Positions 30,979 to 42,361 of a stretch of DNA of 64,000 nt are shown piece by piece. Source of the stretch: an uncultured Chloroflexia bacterium (GTDB lineage Bacteria; Chloroflexota; Chloroflexia; QHBQ01; JADMIH01); assembly GCA_963797095.1 (NCBI GenBank), contig CAWCNY010000003.1, positions 480,001 through 544,000 of the forward strand, read 5' to 3'. Both the position numbers and the translations under genes were made by a program. Below the pieces are notes generated by a model. The model searched no databases. It had not been told where the DNA came from and saw only the letters and a program-made list of their open reading frames with translations. The first letter of the stretch is position 1, and every line of letters begins with the position of its first letter.

Positions 30979-31968
30979 ATGGACGAAGGACGAAGGACGA
31001 ACGACGAAGGCTCTGATCCAGGCCAAAATCGTTCGATTTCGTCGCCTGTCGTTCGTCCTTCGTCTTTCGCCGTAATTCTCCGAATTGTCGGCAGCCTGCT
31101 TGTAATCGGCGCTTTTCTTTGGGCGCTGTGGGGCCAGGCAAGTGAGATCACTTCACATAGCTGGCAGATCGCCCCGATCTGGATCGTTGTAGCATTTGTC
31201 CTGGCGCTGGCACGCGGACCGCTGATCGTCTACCCCTGGTGGCGCATCGTGTATGCCTGGGGCTATGGCCTTGATTGGTGGAAGGGGGTGCGTGTCTACT
31301 TCCATTCGGGGCTGGCGCGCTACATCCCCGGCCAGTACTGGTTTGTATTAAGCAGGGCCTTACTCGCCGAGCGCGAAGGCGTGCCCAAGCGCGTGACCGC
31401 CGCCTCGACGCTTGTGGAAACGCTGCTGGTGACCGGGGCAGCGGCTGGGGTGGCGTTGGTCGGATTGCAGCAGGTGCCCGGCTGGTCTGAGGGGGTACAG
31501 ATCCTCCTCATGTTGGGGGCGATTGCCGCGCCCCTGTTGTTGGTGGCGCTGGTGGCCTCGCCACAGGCGGCGCGGGTGTGGGGCAGATTGGCCCGCCTGC
31601 TGAAGTACGAGTTGCCCCGCCCGCGCCTAGCATGGGAGGACGCGAGTTGGGCGGTGGTCACGTCCCACGGCAACTGGGCCTTGTACGGGATGGTGGCCGC
31701 CTTTGCGCTGGCAGGCGTGGGAGGAGATGCAGTCGTGTATCTGGCGCAGTTCCCGGCAGTGATAGGCTGCTTCTGTGCAAGCGTGCTGGGAGCGGCAGTG
31801 GTGTTGTTCGTTCCTCAAGGTATAGTGGTACGCGAAGGGGTGTTTGTCTTCCTGTTGAATGGCCTGTTAGGCGTTCCGGTCCCCGAAGCGGTGGTAGCCG
31901 CAGCCCTGACCCGCCTGATAGCAACCCTGGCCGAAGGAATATGGGCGCTAGTGGCATTACGGTTCTGA
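30979..31968 (+). CDS. Lysylphosphatidylglycerol-synthase TM/flippase-like membrane protein
   Basis: Multi-TM; ARYIPG and VPQGIVVREG motifs; the N-terminus is made of heptamer repeats, so the start is uncertain. Confidence 0.75.
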   Translation: MDEGRRTNDEGSDPGQNRSISSPVVRPSSFAVILRIVGSLLVIGAFLWALWGQASEITSHSWQIAPIWIVVAFVLALARGPLIVYPWWRIVYAWGYGLDWWKGVRVYFHSGLARYIPGQYWFVLSRALLAEREGVPKRVTAASTLVETLLVTGAAAGVALVGLQQVPGWSEGVQILLMLGAIAAPLLLVALVASPQAARVWGRLARLLKYELPRPRLAWEDASWAVVTSHGNWALYGMVAAFALAGVGGDAVVYLAQFPAVIGCFCASVLGAAVVLFVPQGIVVREGVFVFLLNGLLGVPVPEAVVAAALTRLIATLAEGIWALVALRF

Positions 31969-31980
31969 CAAAATGCCCTT

Positions 31981-32133
31981 CCTGGTACACGAAGATACGA
32001 AGAAGGACGAAGGATCGAAGGCACTGGAGGATTGTCATGGAAATAGATAGGGTCCCCTTACGATGAAATTTTCGATCCCTTCGTGCTCTTCGCGCTACTT
32101 CGTATCTTCGCGTACCAGTCTTGGTGTACCAGG
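31981..32133. repeat. Inverted-repeat element built from CGAAG-containing units
   Basis: CTGGTACACGAAGATACGAAG (31982-32002) pairs with 32098-32118 at 20/21. Confidence 0.75.
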
Positions 32134-32279
32134 CAAACTTACCCTGTGTGGAACTTTCCACCGGCAGCCTGCGTCATATAATGGGAACGTGATTGCGACG
32201 TTACTCGCGTGAGCCTTGCGGTTCGCGGCTCGCTTGACTATTCGGAAAGAGAACATGGTGCCCCTGGAGGTACAAACCT

Positions 32280-35200
32280 ATGGCTATGGACACTAATGGA
32301 CCGGCAAATCCAACGCAACCCTCGGATGGCGAGAAACCTGAAGCGTCGAATCTGCCTATGCTTGTGGGGCTGGGAACCGCCCTGGTCGCCATTATTGCCG
32401 TCACTATCTGGGCTATCACGCGACAGGCGAACCCGGGCATTGTCGAACCGGAGCCGTTCCTGACACCCACACCGGGAGTGACAGCCACTAACGTGGCGCA
32501 GTTGTCGCCAACGCCTTTTGCAGGGGCGGCAACCTTCACGCCTGAGGCAAGCTCGGTGATTTCCGGGCCTCATGTATTGGGCATCACCGCCGGGGTGGGC
32601 ATGAGCCGTGGGGATATCGCAGGCCCAGCACAGATCGCGGTGCTCTTCTCGGATGATATGGACCAGGCGTCGGCGCAGTCGGCATTCTCGGTGGAGCCTG
32701 CGGTGCAGGGCGATTTCAAGTGGCAGGAGCGAACGCTCTTCTTCACGCCTGAAACATCCCTGCAGCCCGCCACCGACTACACCGTTAATGTAAGTAAGGA
32801 CGCCAGAACCAGGGGAGGCGCGCTGCTGGCCGCGCCCATGCAGGTTGGCTTCAAGACAGCGCCTGCGCCGTCCATCCTGCGCACTCTACCCACCACCGGC
32901 GCGAGTGAGGTGCCAACCGATGTGGTGGTCACGATTTCGTTCAACCGCCCAATGATCCCTCTCACCGCGCTTGACAGCCAGCCCGACCCCTCGCAGTGGG
33001 TCACGATCTCGCCGCAGGTGGCGGGGCGATGGGTGTGGCTCGGCACGGCAGCAGTGGGCTTCCGTCCTGACAAAAACAACGGCTTCGCGCCCGCCGCCAA
33101 TTACACCCTTGAGGTAAAGGCGGGCTGGCCCGATGCTACAGGCGTTACGCTGGCCCAGGGCACGAGCGCCACTTTCACCACCATCAAGCCCGCCATCCTG
33201 AGCGTCAGCCCCTACAACGGCGCGGGCAGCGTCATGATCGACCAGCCGTTGGTTATTCGCTTCAACATGCCGATGGGCCACGCGACCCAATCGGTCTTCT
33301 ACCTCAGCAAGCAAGCGGGCGGCGACGCTGTAGCAGGCATAAGCGAGTGGTCGGCTGACAGCACCGTGATGACATACACGCCGTCAAGCCTGCTCGATTT
33401 CAGTACCCGCTATGTGGCGACCTTCCAGCGCGACGTGCAAACCGCTCAAGGGCAATCAAGCGAGCTTGCGGGCGGCGCGCAGACCAACACATGGGACTTC
33501 ACCACCACCAGCCCCACCCAGGTCTCGTCGCACTACCCCGATAGCTCGGACGGCGCAAGACCGCCATCCAACAGCTTCGGCTTCTCCTTCAACAACCCCA
33601 TCGCGCCCGACCAATCCCTGGGCCAGTATCTTGAGATCTCTCCGGTGCCTGAGGGATATGTCGGGCAGTTGACCGTCAGCCAATCCGGGGCCTACACCGA
33701 TGGGGTAAAACTGAAGGCCAACACCACCTACAGCTTCTCTCTGAAAGCCGGGCTGAAGGACAAGTGGGGCTTTGACATACCCGCCACCACCTGGCAGGTG
33801 CAGATCGGACCTCTACAGCCATCGTTCAACTTCAAGGGCGGCTCGTTCCAGCCGATCTACTCGGAGGGGCCGACCTTTGTGCAGATCAACGCCGCCAATC
33901 TCGCGTCGCTCAGTATGCACCTGAATACGCTCAGCCAGGACGATGTGCGCTCCTTGCTTGCGCGCGGGCTATATTTCGACCCGAACACCGCATTCCCCGG
34001 CAATGGTGTACGCGACTGGACCTTGCAGGTGCCCGGCGGGGCCAAAGTCGACGAAACCACCACCTTCTACAACACGATCTCGCGGGACGGCAACGGCGAT
34101 AGGCTGGCGAAGGGCTACTATCTGCTGTGGGCCACCGCACCCAACCCCTACGACGCCAGCTACCCGCTCTCGGCGGCTACCGTCCTCATCGTGGGGCGGA
34201 ACGGCGTGGTCAACAAGATCGACCAGCAGGGCAACATGCTGATGTGGGTGGCCGACCTGGGCACAGGCAAACCTACCGGCGGCTACAACCTGCGCGTAGA
34301 GCAGCTGCGCTCCGATTACAGCAACAACCAGCCGCAAACGGTGGTCGTGACCACTCAGAAGACGCAAACCGGCGCTGACGGCGTGGCTAAGCTCAAGCTC
34401 GACAAGGCTGACAACGTCTTTGTAACAGCAGTGTGGGCCGATGGGGATGACGCCTTGCTGGCGACCACCGGCTGGGCTAATAACATCAACCCCTACCAGT
34501 TCGGCATCTCCGGCGCATACGGCGACCAGGGTCTGCGTGCATCTGCCTACGTCGACAGGCCGATCTACAGGCCGGGCCAGACGGTCTACTTCCGGGGCGT
34601 CTACAGGCTGGACGACGACGCATCCTATACCTTGCCACCGGCGGGCCAGACGGTGAATGTACGCGCCTGGGTCTATACCTCTCAGGGCCAGACGAGCGTG
34701 TACACAGGCACCGCGAGCCTATCGGGCGACGGCACGGCAAGCGGCCAGTTCGTGATCCCGGTGGACGCGCCGGTCGGCAGCTACACCCTTGCGATGTCGA
34801 GGCCGGGGGCCGCGCTCGCCGATTACTACGACTACAGCGGGGCTTATACCTCTTTCAGCGTGGAGGAGTACCGCAAGCCCGACTTCCAGGTGAATGTCAG
34901 CTCCGATCCTGAGCACGTGAAAGGCGACCCCATCACGGCCACGATACAGGCGGGTTACTATTTCGGCGGGCCGCTCCAGAGCGTGACCACCACTGTGAAC
35001 CTCCAGGCCAGCGCCTACTACTTCTCCTGGGTTGACCCCGACACGGGCGAGACCTACCAGTTCGGCGAGTACCAGCCCCCGATCTGGCTGTACGACTACT
35101 ATTACCGCCCCGGCGTCTACCCCACACCTGAGCCGGTGCAGACGTTCCAGGGAGTGACCGACAAAGACGGCGTGATGGTCGCGGATGTGACGCAGTACAT

Positions 35201-38200
35201 CACCACCACCAATGGCAGCAAGTCGGTGCTTATCGAGGGCCAGGTGCAGGACCTGAGCAACCAGGCGGTTGCCAACAGCACCACAGTGGTGGTACACCAG
35301 GGCCTCTACTACATCGGCCTGCGCAACGAAGACTATATAGCGACCGCCAAAGTGCCAACCACCATCACAGTGCGTACGGTCGAGTGGTCGGGCAAAGCGA
35401 TCCAGCCGAACACCACAGTCAACCTGAAGTTCGTGCGACGCGAGTGGGTGGCCCCCACCGACCCGCAGGGCGAATGGAAGCTTAACGAGGTACCGGTGGG
35501 CAACACCACTGTCACCACCGACGCCAGTGGCCACGCCACCTACCTCTTCACGCCTCCCACGGCCGGCGAGTACGGCATCGAGGCCACCGGCACCGATGGC
35601 AGGGGCAACCTGATCCGCACCACCACCCAGTTCTACGCATCCGACAGCACGCCGGGCTACTACGTGCCGTGGCGCTATATGAACGACAACGCGGTGCAGT
35701 TGGTGGCTGACAAGACCCAGTACGAGGCCGGCGACACGGCTCATATACTCGTGACCTCGCCTTTCAGCGAGTCAACTGCCCTCCTCACCATAGAGCGCGG
35801 ACACCTGCGCCGCTACCAGGTGATCACCCTGGAGGGCACCGCTCCTACTATAGATGTGCCATTGCAGGATGGCGACCTGCCCAACGTCTACGTTGGCCTC
35901 ACGCTGCTTGGGCCGGGCAAAGCACCCGACGATGCGCCCAGGGGGTGGGTCAGCCAGGTCAACATGAGGCAGGGCTATGTCAATCTCTCGCTCGACACGT
36001 CGGGCAAAGAGTTGCAGGTAAGCGTGGAGCCTCAGGGCAACGGGCCTTTCCTGCCCGGCACCACCAACGCCGTGAAGATAACAACCACGGATAGCTCAGG
36101 CAAGCCGGTGCAGGGCGCGTTCTCGCTCGCTGTTGTGGACGAGGCGATCTATGCCCTGGAAGATGGCGGCACGCCCGGCCTGTTCAGCGACTTCTGGTCC
36201 GAGCGCGGGCTTGGAGTATCCACGTCCACTAGCTTCACAGCCGGAGATGTCTCGACTTACGGGCGGGGCGGAGGAGGCGATTTCTACAATGCGGGCGCTG
36301 TGCCATCGACGGCACCCGCTCCCACCACTGAGGATGCCTCCGCCGGAGCAAAGGACGGGGCAAGCGCTGCCCAGGCCCCTCAGAAGGTGAGAACAAACTT
36401 CCAGGACACTGCCTTCTGGATCGCTGAGGTGGCGACCGGCAGCGACGGCACGGCCACGGTGCAGGTGCCTTTCCCCGATAACCTGACCACCTGGCGGCTG
36501 ACCACTGCCGGGCTGACCAAAGATACATTGGCAGGCGGGGCCAGCGCGCCTATGACCGTCACTCAACCCCTCTTGTTGAGGCCGGTGCTGCCGCGCTTCC
36601 TGACCACGGGCGACAACCCTCAGCCGCAAGCTATCATCCACAACAACACAGGCAGCGACCTGGACCTGACGGTTAGCCTGGAGGTGAGCGGCTCAATCGC
36701 TCTAGAGAAGGGGCAAGCCGCCGACCAGAACATAACCGTCAAGACGGGCGAGCAAGGCGTGGTGACCTGGAAAGCCACCGTCGATAAGGGCGACACCGCC
36801 AGCTTCAGGTTCTGGGTGCGCACCACCAACAAGACCGGGGCCGACTACCACGAGGACGCGGTCGGCATGAGCCTGCCGGTCAAGCCGTTCGCCGCGCCGG
36901 AGGCGGTCGCCACCAGCGGCGAGGTGCAGGGGGTACACGGCTTCGAGGGAGTAATGATCCCCTACTCGGTCAACCCGCTGCTTGGAGACCTGACTGTGCA
37001 GGTGTCTCCTTCGCTGGCGGCGGCCACCATCGGCAGCCTGATCTACGTGAAAGAGTACGACTGGGAGAGCACCGACGCGACGGTGAGCCGCTTCCTGCCT
37101 TTGGTGGTGCTCGAAAAGGTGTATAACGAGCAGGGGCTGAAGACCCCCTACTCTCAGGACATACCGGGCATAGTGTCGAACGCCCTCAAGAGGCTGGCCG
37201 AGCTACAGCAGCCCGATGGCGGTTGGGCCTGGTGGGAGCGCGGACCTTCCAACTGGTTCGAGACGGCCTACGTGGTACAGGGCCTGAGCGCTCTGCACGA
37301 TGCGGGGTACAGCGTATCGACCGACATGGGGAGCATGTTCCAGCGCGGGCGCGACCGGTTGCAAAGCTTCCTGAGCGAGAACAGCACGAGCGGCATCGAC
37401 CAGACATACCATCTCGATATGAGGGCATACACGCTGTACGTGCTTGCCTATGCGAACGGCGCGCCACCGGAGAGCGAGGCGAGGGACCTGATCAACCAGA
37501 CCCCACGCCTGAGCGCGCACGCCCGCGCATGGCTGGCGATGGCGCTCGGCAAGATGGGCATGAGCGAGAGCAAGCAGGTGCTCGATAGCCTGGTGTCGGA
37601 GGCGCGACAGACAAGCACGCTGGCCCACTGGGAAGAAGGCACGCCCGACTACTGGAGCATGGGCACCGACAACCGCGCTACCGCGCTGGCAATCGACGCG
37701 CTGGTAACACTCCAGCCCGACGACCCGATAGTGCAGAAGGCGGTACGCTGGATTATGTCGGCTGAGCGCGAAGGGCACTGGCTCTCCACGCAGGAGACCA
37801 GCATAGTGCTGGTGGCGCTGGCCCACTACATGCAGCAGAGCAAAGAGCTTAGCGCCGACTATGTTTTCCAGGTGGACGCCTTCGGCAAGCTGCTTGGGCA
37901 GGGGCTCGCCAACTCCACCACCCTCACGCAGACGGCGACCTTCACGCTGCCTGTGTCCGACATGCCTGTGAACACGCTTGGCGATGTGAACCTGTCGCGT
38001 AGCAACGACAGCGGCAAGATGTACTACCAGATGTCGCTCAAGTACTACGTGCCGGGCGAGGGGATCAAGTCGCGCAGCGAGGGGCTGGCGATCAGCCGCA
38101 GCTACTACAAGATGACCGACGGGGTGGCGAGCGACCAACCTGTCACCGAGGCGCAGGCGGGCGACCTGCTGAAGGTGCGGCTGACCATCGTGGTGCCGGA

Positions 38201-38606
38201 GACCTCGTACTATGTGCGCGTGACCGACCCGCTGCCCGCAGGACTTGAGGGGGTGAACGGCTCGCTCAACACGACCAGCTTTACCGAGCGCCCACCTGCC
38301 CCGGCGGGGATCTTGGTGCCTGACGCAGTGCCGACCGGCGTTGCAGGCTCGTCGCCGACATCCGGCTATCCGGGTTATGACTACGACTACCTCTACTGGC
38401 GCTGGGGTCCATTCGACAATGTGGAGATGCGCGACGACAGCACCGTGCTCTTCGCCACCTATATGAGCCCAGGGACCTATGTATATGAGTACTACGCCAG
38501 GGCCACCACACCCGGCAACTACATGGACCTGCCCGCCAACGCCGAGTTGCTCTACTTCCCGGACGTATTCGGACGCAGCGACGGCGGGGAGTTCAAGGTA
38601 AGGTAA
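32280..38606 (+). CDS. Bacterial alpha-2-macroglobulin family protein with N-terminal TM anchor and Ig-like (Big_5-type) repeats; no thioester motif
   Basis: DRPIYRPGQTV, EEYRKP, LAVVDEA, RTNFQDTAFW, PDNLTTWR, QQPDGGWAWW, STQET, DPLPAGLE, YFPDVFGRS. Confidence 0.92.
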   Translation: MAMDTNGPANPTQPSDGEKPEASNLPMLVGLGTALVAIIAVTIWAITRQANPGIVEPEPFLTPTPGVTATNVAQLSPTPFAGAATFTPEASSVISGPHVLGITAGVGMSRGDIAGPAQIAVLFSDDMDQASAQSAFSVEPAVQGDFKWQERTLFFTPETSLQPATDYTVNVSKDARTRGGALLAAPMQVGFKTAPAPSILRTLPTTGASEVPTDVVVTISFNRPMIPLTALDSQPDPSQWVTISPQVAGRWVWLGTAAVGFRPDKNNGFAPAANYTLEVKAGWPDATGVTLAQGTSATFTTIKPAILSVSPYNGAGSVMIDQPLVIRFNMPMGHATQSVFYLSKQAGGDAVAGISEWSADSTVMTYTPSSLLDFSTRYVATFQRDVQTAQGQSSELAGGAQTNTWDFTTTSPTQVSSHYPDSSDGARPPSNSFGFSFNNPIAPDQSLGQYLEISPVPEGYVGQLTVSQSGAYTDGVKLKANTTYSFSLKAGLKDKWGFDIPATTWQVQIGPLQPSFNFKGGSFQPIYSEGPTFVQINAANLASLSMHLNTLSQDDVRSLLARGLYFDPNTAFPGNGVRDWTLQVPGGAKVDETTTFYNTISRDGNGDRLAKGYYLLWATAPNPYDASYPLSAATVLIVGRNGVVNKIDQQGNMLMWVADLGTGKPTGGYNLRVEQLRSDYSNNQPQTVVVTTQKTQTGADGVAKLKLDKADNVFVTAVWADGDDALLATTGWANNINPYQFGISGAYGDQGLRASAYVDRPIYRPGQTVYFRGVYRLDDDASYTLPPAGQTVNVRAWVYTSQGQTSVYTGTASLSGDGTASGQFVIPVDAPVGSYTLAMSRPGAALADYYDYSGAYTSFSVEEYRKPDFQVNVSSDPEHVKGDPITATIQAGYYFGGPLQSVTTTVNLQASAYYFSWVDPDTGETYQFGEYQPPIWLYDYYYRPGVYPTPEPVQTFQGVTDKDGVMVADVTQYITTTNGSKSVLIEGQVQDLSNQAVANSTTVVVHQGLYYIGLRNEDYIATAKVPTTITVRTVEWSGKAIQPNTTVNLKFVRREWVAPTDPQGEWKLNEVPVGNTTVTTDASGHATYLFTPPTAGEYGIEATGTDGRGNLIRTTTQFYASDSTPGYYVPWRYMNDNAVQLVADKTQYEAGDTAHILVTSPFSESTALLTIERGHLRRYQVITLEGTAPTIDVPLQDGDLPNVYVGLTLLGPGKAPDDAPRGWVSQVNMRQGYVNLSLDTSGKELQVSVEPQGNGPFLPGTTNAVKITTTDSSGKPVQGAFSLAVVDEAIYALEDGGTPGLFSDFWSERGLGVSTSTSFTAGDVSTYGRGGGGDFYNAGAVPSTAPAPTTEDASAGAKDGASAAQAPQKVRTNFQDTAFWIAEVATGSDGTATVQVPFPDNLTTWRLTTAGLTKDTLAGGASAPMTVTQPLLLRPVLPRFLTTGDNPQPQAIIHNNTGSDLDLTVSLEVSGSIALEKGQAADQNITVKTGEQGVVTWKATVDKGDTASFRFWVRTTNKTGADYHEDAVGMSLPVKPFAAPEAVATSGEVQGVHGFEGVMIPYSVNPLLGDLTVQVSPSLAAATIGSLIYVKEYDWESTDATVSRFLPLVVLEKVYNEQGLKTPYSQDIPGIVSNALKRLAELQQPDGGWAWWERGPSNWFETAYVVQGLSALHDAGYSVSTDMGSMFQRGRDRLQSFLSENSTSGIDQTYHLDMRAYTLYVLAYANGAPPESEARDLINQTPRLSAHARAWLAMALGKMGMSESKQVLDSLVSEARQTSTLAHWEEGTPDYWSMGTDNRATALAIDALVTLQPDDPIVQKAVRWIMSAEREGHWLSTQETSIVLVALAHYMQQSKELSADYVFQVDAFGKLLGQGLANSTTLTQTATFTLPVSDMPVNTLGDVNLSRSNDSGKMYYQMSLKYYVPGEGIKSRSEGLAISRSYYKMTDGVASDQPVTEAQAGDLLKVRLTIVVPETSYYVRVTDPLPAGLEGVNGSLNTTSFTERPPAPAGILVPDAVPTGVAGSSPTSGYPGYDYDYLYWRWGPFDNVEMRDDSTVLFATYMSPGTYVYEYYARATTPGNYMDLPANAELLYFPDVFGRSDGGEFKVR

Positions 38607-38687
38607 CAGCCAGGTGCCCCGGTAATCCTGGAACACGCAGAGGGGGAGGAGGGCGAAGGGCACGTAGGTTAATGGAGTTTGAGATGT

Positions 38688-38727
38688 GGGTGCCTGGGAC
38701 TCTGCGTCCCAGGCACCCTCTCTTTTT
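38688..38727 (+). terminator. Intrinsic terminator
   Basis: 13-bp perfect stem GGGTGCCTGGGAC/GTCCCAGGCACCC followed by TCTCTTTTT. Confidence 0.8.
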
Positions 38728-38788
38728 GCGTACCTTCAGGTAGTTGCGATCCGATTGCGCTGCCTTGCGCGAATGGAGGATTGGACTC

Positions 38789-38860
38789 GCCCTCCCATAC
38801 TAAATGACATCAGTGAGACAAAACTGGACAGATTTTGGGGTGTACTTTCGGGTAGTTTTT
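38789..38860 (+). repeat. Dispersed ~72-bp repeat, copy 1
   Basis: 38803-38860 matches the reverse complement of 48049-48106 at 49/58. Confidence 0.8.
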
Positions 38861-39129
38861 TGGGATGAAGGTGGTCGATTCCATTCACCCACAAAGCACG
38901 CCTAAACCATTCGGCTTATGACCTCGGATGGAGCCACTTGCGCAGTAGTAGGACTAATGAGCTATTGCTGCTAGCAGACTATCGCTTTAGAATGTGAGTA
39001 GCAAGAAGTTAGAGCCAAAGTGTGATGAGCACGTCTAAAGGATGAGTTGCAAGTGCAACGGGGCGGGCATCCTGCGCACTTACAAACAGTTTTGGGTGCA
39101 CAGTTAGCCTCAACACCGGGAATCTTAGA

Positions 39130-42100
39130 ATGCCAACAAATCGACAACGTTTAGGGGGAGCTTTGGTCATCGGACTACGCAAATTGGACCCGCGCCGCAG
39201 CCTCAGGGTGCGACTTGGATTCTCACTGGCGGCGCTCTCACTTGTATTTACGATATTGACAGGTATATTCTTCGGCCAGCTAGGTGACCAGCGCGAGCGG
39301 GATGTGGCAGGCGCTACACTGGCTGAGCAAGCATTCCACGCAGCCGACAAAATCGACCAGATCATGGTCGAGCGTTACAGGGACCTAGAAGTTGTCTCGG
39401 CCGGCGATCTATTTCGGAATGCTGCCCCCTACGCCTCCCGCCGCGCACTCCTTGAGACGATGCAGAATGCCTATCGCTACTACACCTGGCTGGGCCTGCT
39501 CGACACCAAAGGGAAAGTAGTGGTGGGCACAGGAGGTTTGCTCGAAGGAGCGGATTTCTCCAGGGAACCGCTTTTTACGCAAGCTCAAACGCATGTTTTT
39601 ATGGCAGAAGGAGAGATCAACGAACCACCCGGCGACAAGGTGTCCGATCTTGTGGAGGGACCGACCCACCCCACGATGGTATCTGCGCCTGTGTTTGACG
39701 CGAACGGGAATTTTGCCGGGGTAATAGGGGCTTATGTCGATTGGGATTGGACGCAGGATATTACGCGCACACTCTCAGATTCGCCTCAGGGTAACGGGCC
39801 GCTCGAGATGTTCGTGCTCGGTCGCGACAACTATGTGCTGCTAGGCACACCTGATCTGGTAGGAACACACCTGAACGTCACCTCAACACAAACCGCCCAG
39901 GATAGCACGCACAACTATGTGCAGGAGAAGTGGCCTGATGGACGCGAGTATTTGTCGGGCTTGAGCAGCACCGGAGGTTACGAGGATTTCCCCGGCCTGG
40001 GGTGGAAAGTACTGGTACGCCAGGATGCGTACAGCGCGCTGGCTGTAGCTCGCAAGTTCGAGGAAATCCAGGCCTGGTTTGGTTTGGCGATGGGTATCAT
40101 GTGGGCATTGGCAGGGTGGATGCTCGCAAGGCGGATGGCTGGCCCGATGATATCCATAGCAAACGCGGCAAACCGGATACGCAAGGGAAAATCGACCGTC
40201 ATCCCGAAGGTTAAAGGACGGGACGAAGTGGCGATGCTCGCAAGTTCGCTCAATGAGATGGTGGGGAACATCACCAATCAGGAGCAGGAGCTGAAGGCGC
40301 TTAACGACGAGATGGGGCTGGAACTTGACGAGCGCAAGCGAATCGAAGAAGCCTTACGCGACAGCGAGGAGAAGTACCGGGCTTTCGTTGCCTATAGCTC
40401 GGAGGGGATAATGCGCGTCGAGGCGGATGCCCCTATACCCACCAACCTGCCCGCAGATGAACAGATCGAGCTTTTCTTCAAGCACGGCTACCTGGCCGAG
40501 TGCAACGATGTAATGGCGCAGATGTATGACTTTGCCAGTAGCGATGAGATCATGGGGGCACGGCTCGGCAGCGTGTTCGCAAGGACAGACGAGATCAACG
40601 CGATGTACTTGCAGCAGTTCGTAAGGTCGGGATACCGGTTAATTGAAGCCGAGTCGTGCCGAAAGGATCGGGATGGGAACGACAGGCATTTCAGCAACAG
40701 CTTTGTGGGCGTGGTACAGGATGGGAAGCTTGTTAGCGTGTGGGGCACACAGCGCGACATCACCGAGCGCAAGGCGATGCAAACCGCCCTGCAAGAATTG
40801 GAGATCAAGTTCAGGTCGGTAGCCGAGTCGGCCACGGACGTGATCGCCTCTCTCGACACCAGGGGCAACATAGTGCAGTGGAACCATGCAGCCGAGGTCG
40901 CGTTTGGATATTCCGAAGAAGAGATGCTGGGCAAATCGCTGAGCCTGATCGTCCCCGACAACGTCACGCAACTGGAGAACTGGCAAAGAGCCTTGGCCAG
41001 GCCCGAGGAGTGGGAGCAGGTGAGGCAGCACCCCATGGAGATGGTGGGCTTGAGGCGCGACGGCAGCGAATTTCCCATAGAGCTTTCGATAGCAAGCTGG
41101 GAGATGGGCACCGAGACGTTCTACACGGCTATTGTGCGCGACATCACCGAGCGCAAGCGGGCTGAAGAATCACGTCTCGCCAGAGAAGCGGCCGAAAAGG
41201 CCAGCCGGGCCAAGAGCGAGTTCCTTTCGCGTATGAGCCACGAATTGCGCACGCCTCTCAACTCGATCCTGGGGTTCGGGCAATTGCTCCAGATGGACGA
41301 GCTTACCCAAAGCCAGGAAGAGAGCATAGGATATATCATGGGGGCGGGTAAGCACCTCCTCGGGTTGATCAACGAGATACTCGATATATCGCGCATCGAG
41401 TTGGGGCATATGAAACTTTCGCTCGAGCCTGTAGAAATCGCGCCGGTGATTGAGGAGTGTTTGGACCTGGTGAGACCTATGGCCGGTCAGAGGCAGCTAC
41501 ACATAGACACAGGGGAACCATATGAGAGGCTGCAAGGGAAGTATGTTTTTGGCGATCAGCAAAAACTGAGGCAAGTGCTTTTGAATCTATTGTCAAATGC
41601 AATCAAATATAATAGTGAGGGGGGAAGCATAAAGCTTCGATACGAAGAATGCACAGGTAGAGACGACAAGCACATGCGCATTAGCATCACCGACACCGGA
41701 TTCGGTATTCAAGTAGAAGAGTTGCCCAGGTTGTTTTCCCCGTTCGAAAGATTGGACGCCGAGCGCCAGGGTGTTGAAGGTACCGGGCTTGGGCTTGTAC
41801 TCGCCAAGAGGTTGATCGAGGCAATGGGCGGGACAATAGGCGTGGAAAGCATCGTTGGCAAGGGAAGCACTTTCTGGATTGAGCTACCCATGAAGGATGG
41901 TGAGATAGAAGCACGAGCAAACGAGCCGGACCTCAGAATCACAAGTGCCCTCAATGAAATGCACTTGCCGGAGGAAGCGAAAACCCTGCTCTATGTGGAA
42001 GACAACCTGGCTAATATGAAGTTGGTAGAGAGGATCGTGGAGCGAGTGCCTCAGATCAGGTTGCTGGCGGCCACACGAGGCTCCAGGGGGATCGAGATGG

Positions 42101-42357
42101 CACGCGAGTATCGTCCCGACCTGATATTCCTCGATATGAATCTGCCCGATATGTCGGGGCGCGAAGTGATAGCCGAGTTGAAACAGGACATCAGAACCGG
42201 CTCGATCCCGGTGGTGATAATTACCGCGGATGGAAGCGAATCGCAGATGGAAAGCCTGGCGTTGAAGGGGGTGCAAGCGTACCTGACCAAGCCTTTCAAC
42301 GTAAAAGAGTTGCTGGAGGTATTGCAGGCTTTAGCGTGTGACAAAGTGGGAGTGTGA
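39130..42357 (+). CDS. Hybrid sensor kinase: Cache, HAMP, 2 PAS, HisKA, HATPase, REC
   Basis: Two TM helices; [12 protein letters not shown]; [10 protein letters not shown]; GTGLGL; LYVEDN...[11 protein letters not shown]. Confidence 0.93.
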   Translation: MPTNRQRLGGALVIGLRKLDPRRSLRVRLGFSLAALSLVFTILTGIFFGQLGDQRERDVAGATLAEQAFHAADKIDQIMVERYRDLEVVSAGDLFRNAAPYASRRALLETMQNAYRYYTWLGLLDTKGKVVVGTGGLLEGADFSREPLFTQAQTHVFMAEGEINEPPGDKVSDLVEGPTHPTMVSAPVFDANGNFAGVIGAYVDWDWTQDITRTLSDSPQGNGPLEMFVLGRDNYVLLGTPDLVGTHLNVTSTQTAQDSTHNYVQEKWPDGREYLSGLSSTGGYEDFPGLGWKVLVRQDAYSALAVARKFEEIQAWFGLAMGIMWALAGWMLARRMAGPMISIANAANRIRKGKSTVIPKVKGRDEVAMLASSLNEMVGNITNQEQELKALNDEMGLELDERKRIEEALRDSEEKYRAFVAYSSEGIMRVEADAPIPTNLPADEQIELFFKHGYLAECNDVMAQMYDFASSDEIMGARLGSVFARTDEINAMYLQQFVRSGYRLIEAESCRKDRDGNDRHFSNSFVGVVQDGKLVSVWGTQRDITERKAMQTALQELEIKFRSVAESATDVIASLDTRGNIVQWNHAAEVAFGYSEEEMLGKSLSLIVPDNVTQLENWQRALARPEEWEQVRQHPMEMVGLRRDGSEFPIELSIASWEMGTETFYTAIVRDITERKRAEESRLAREAAEKASRAKSEFLSRMSHELRTPLNSILGFGQLLQMDELTQSQEESIGYIMGAGKHLLGLINEILDISRIELGHMKLSLEPVEIAPVIEECLDLVRPMAGQRQLHIDTGEPYERLQGKYVFGDQQKLRQVLLNLLSNAIKYNSEGGSIKLRYEECTGRDDKHMRISITDTGFGIQVEELPRLFSPFERLDAERQGVEGTGLGLVLAKRLIEAMGGTIGVESIVGKGSTFWIELPMKDGEIEARANEPDLRITSALNEMHLPEEAKTLLYVEDNLANMKLVERIVERVPQIRLLAATRGSRGIEMAREYRPDLIFLDMNLPDMSGREVIAELKQDIRTGSIPVVIITADGSESQMESLALKGVQAYLTKPFNVKELLEVLQALACDKVGV

Positions 42358-42361
42358 GTGC

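Noticed and set aside
37203-38663. Long antisense ORFs (e.g. 37203..38663, 34719..35744, 17884..18987, 21889..22860, 9264..10103)
   Set aside because: Shadow ORFs opposite well-supported genes in GC-rich DNA, with no recognisable motifs
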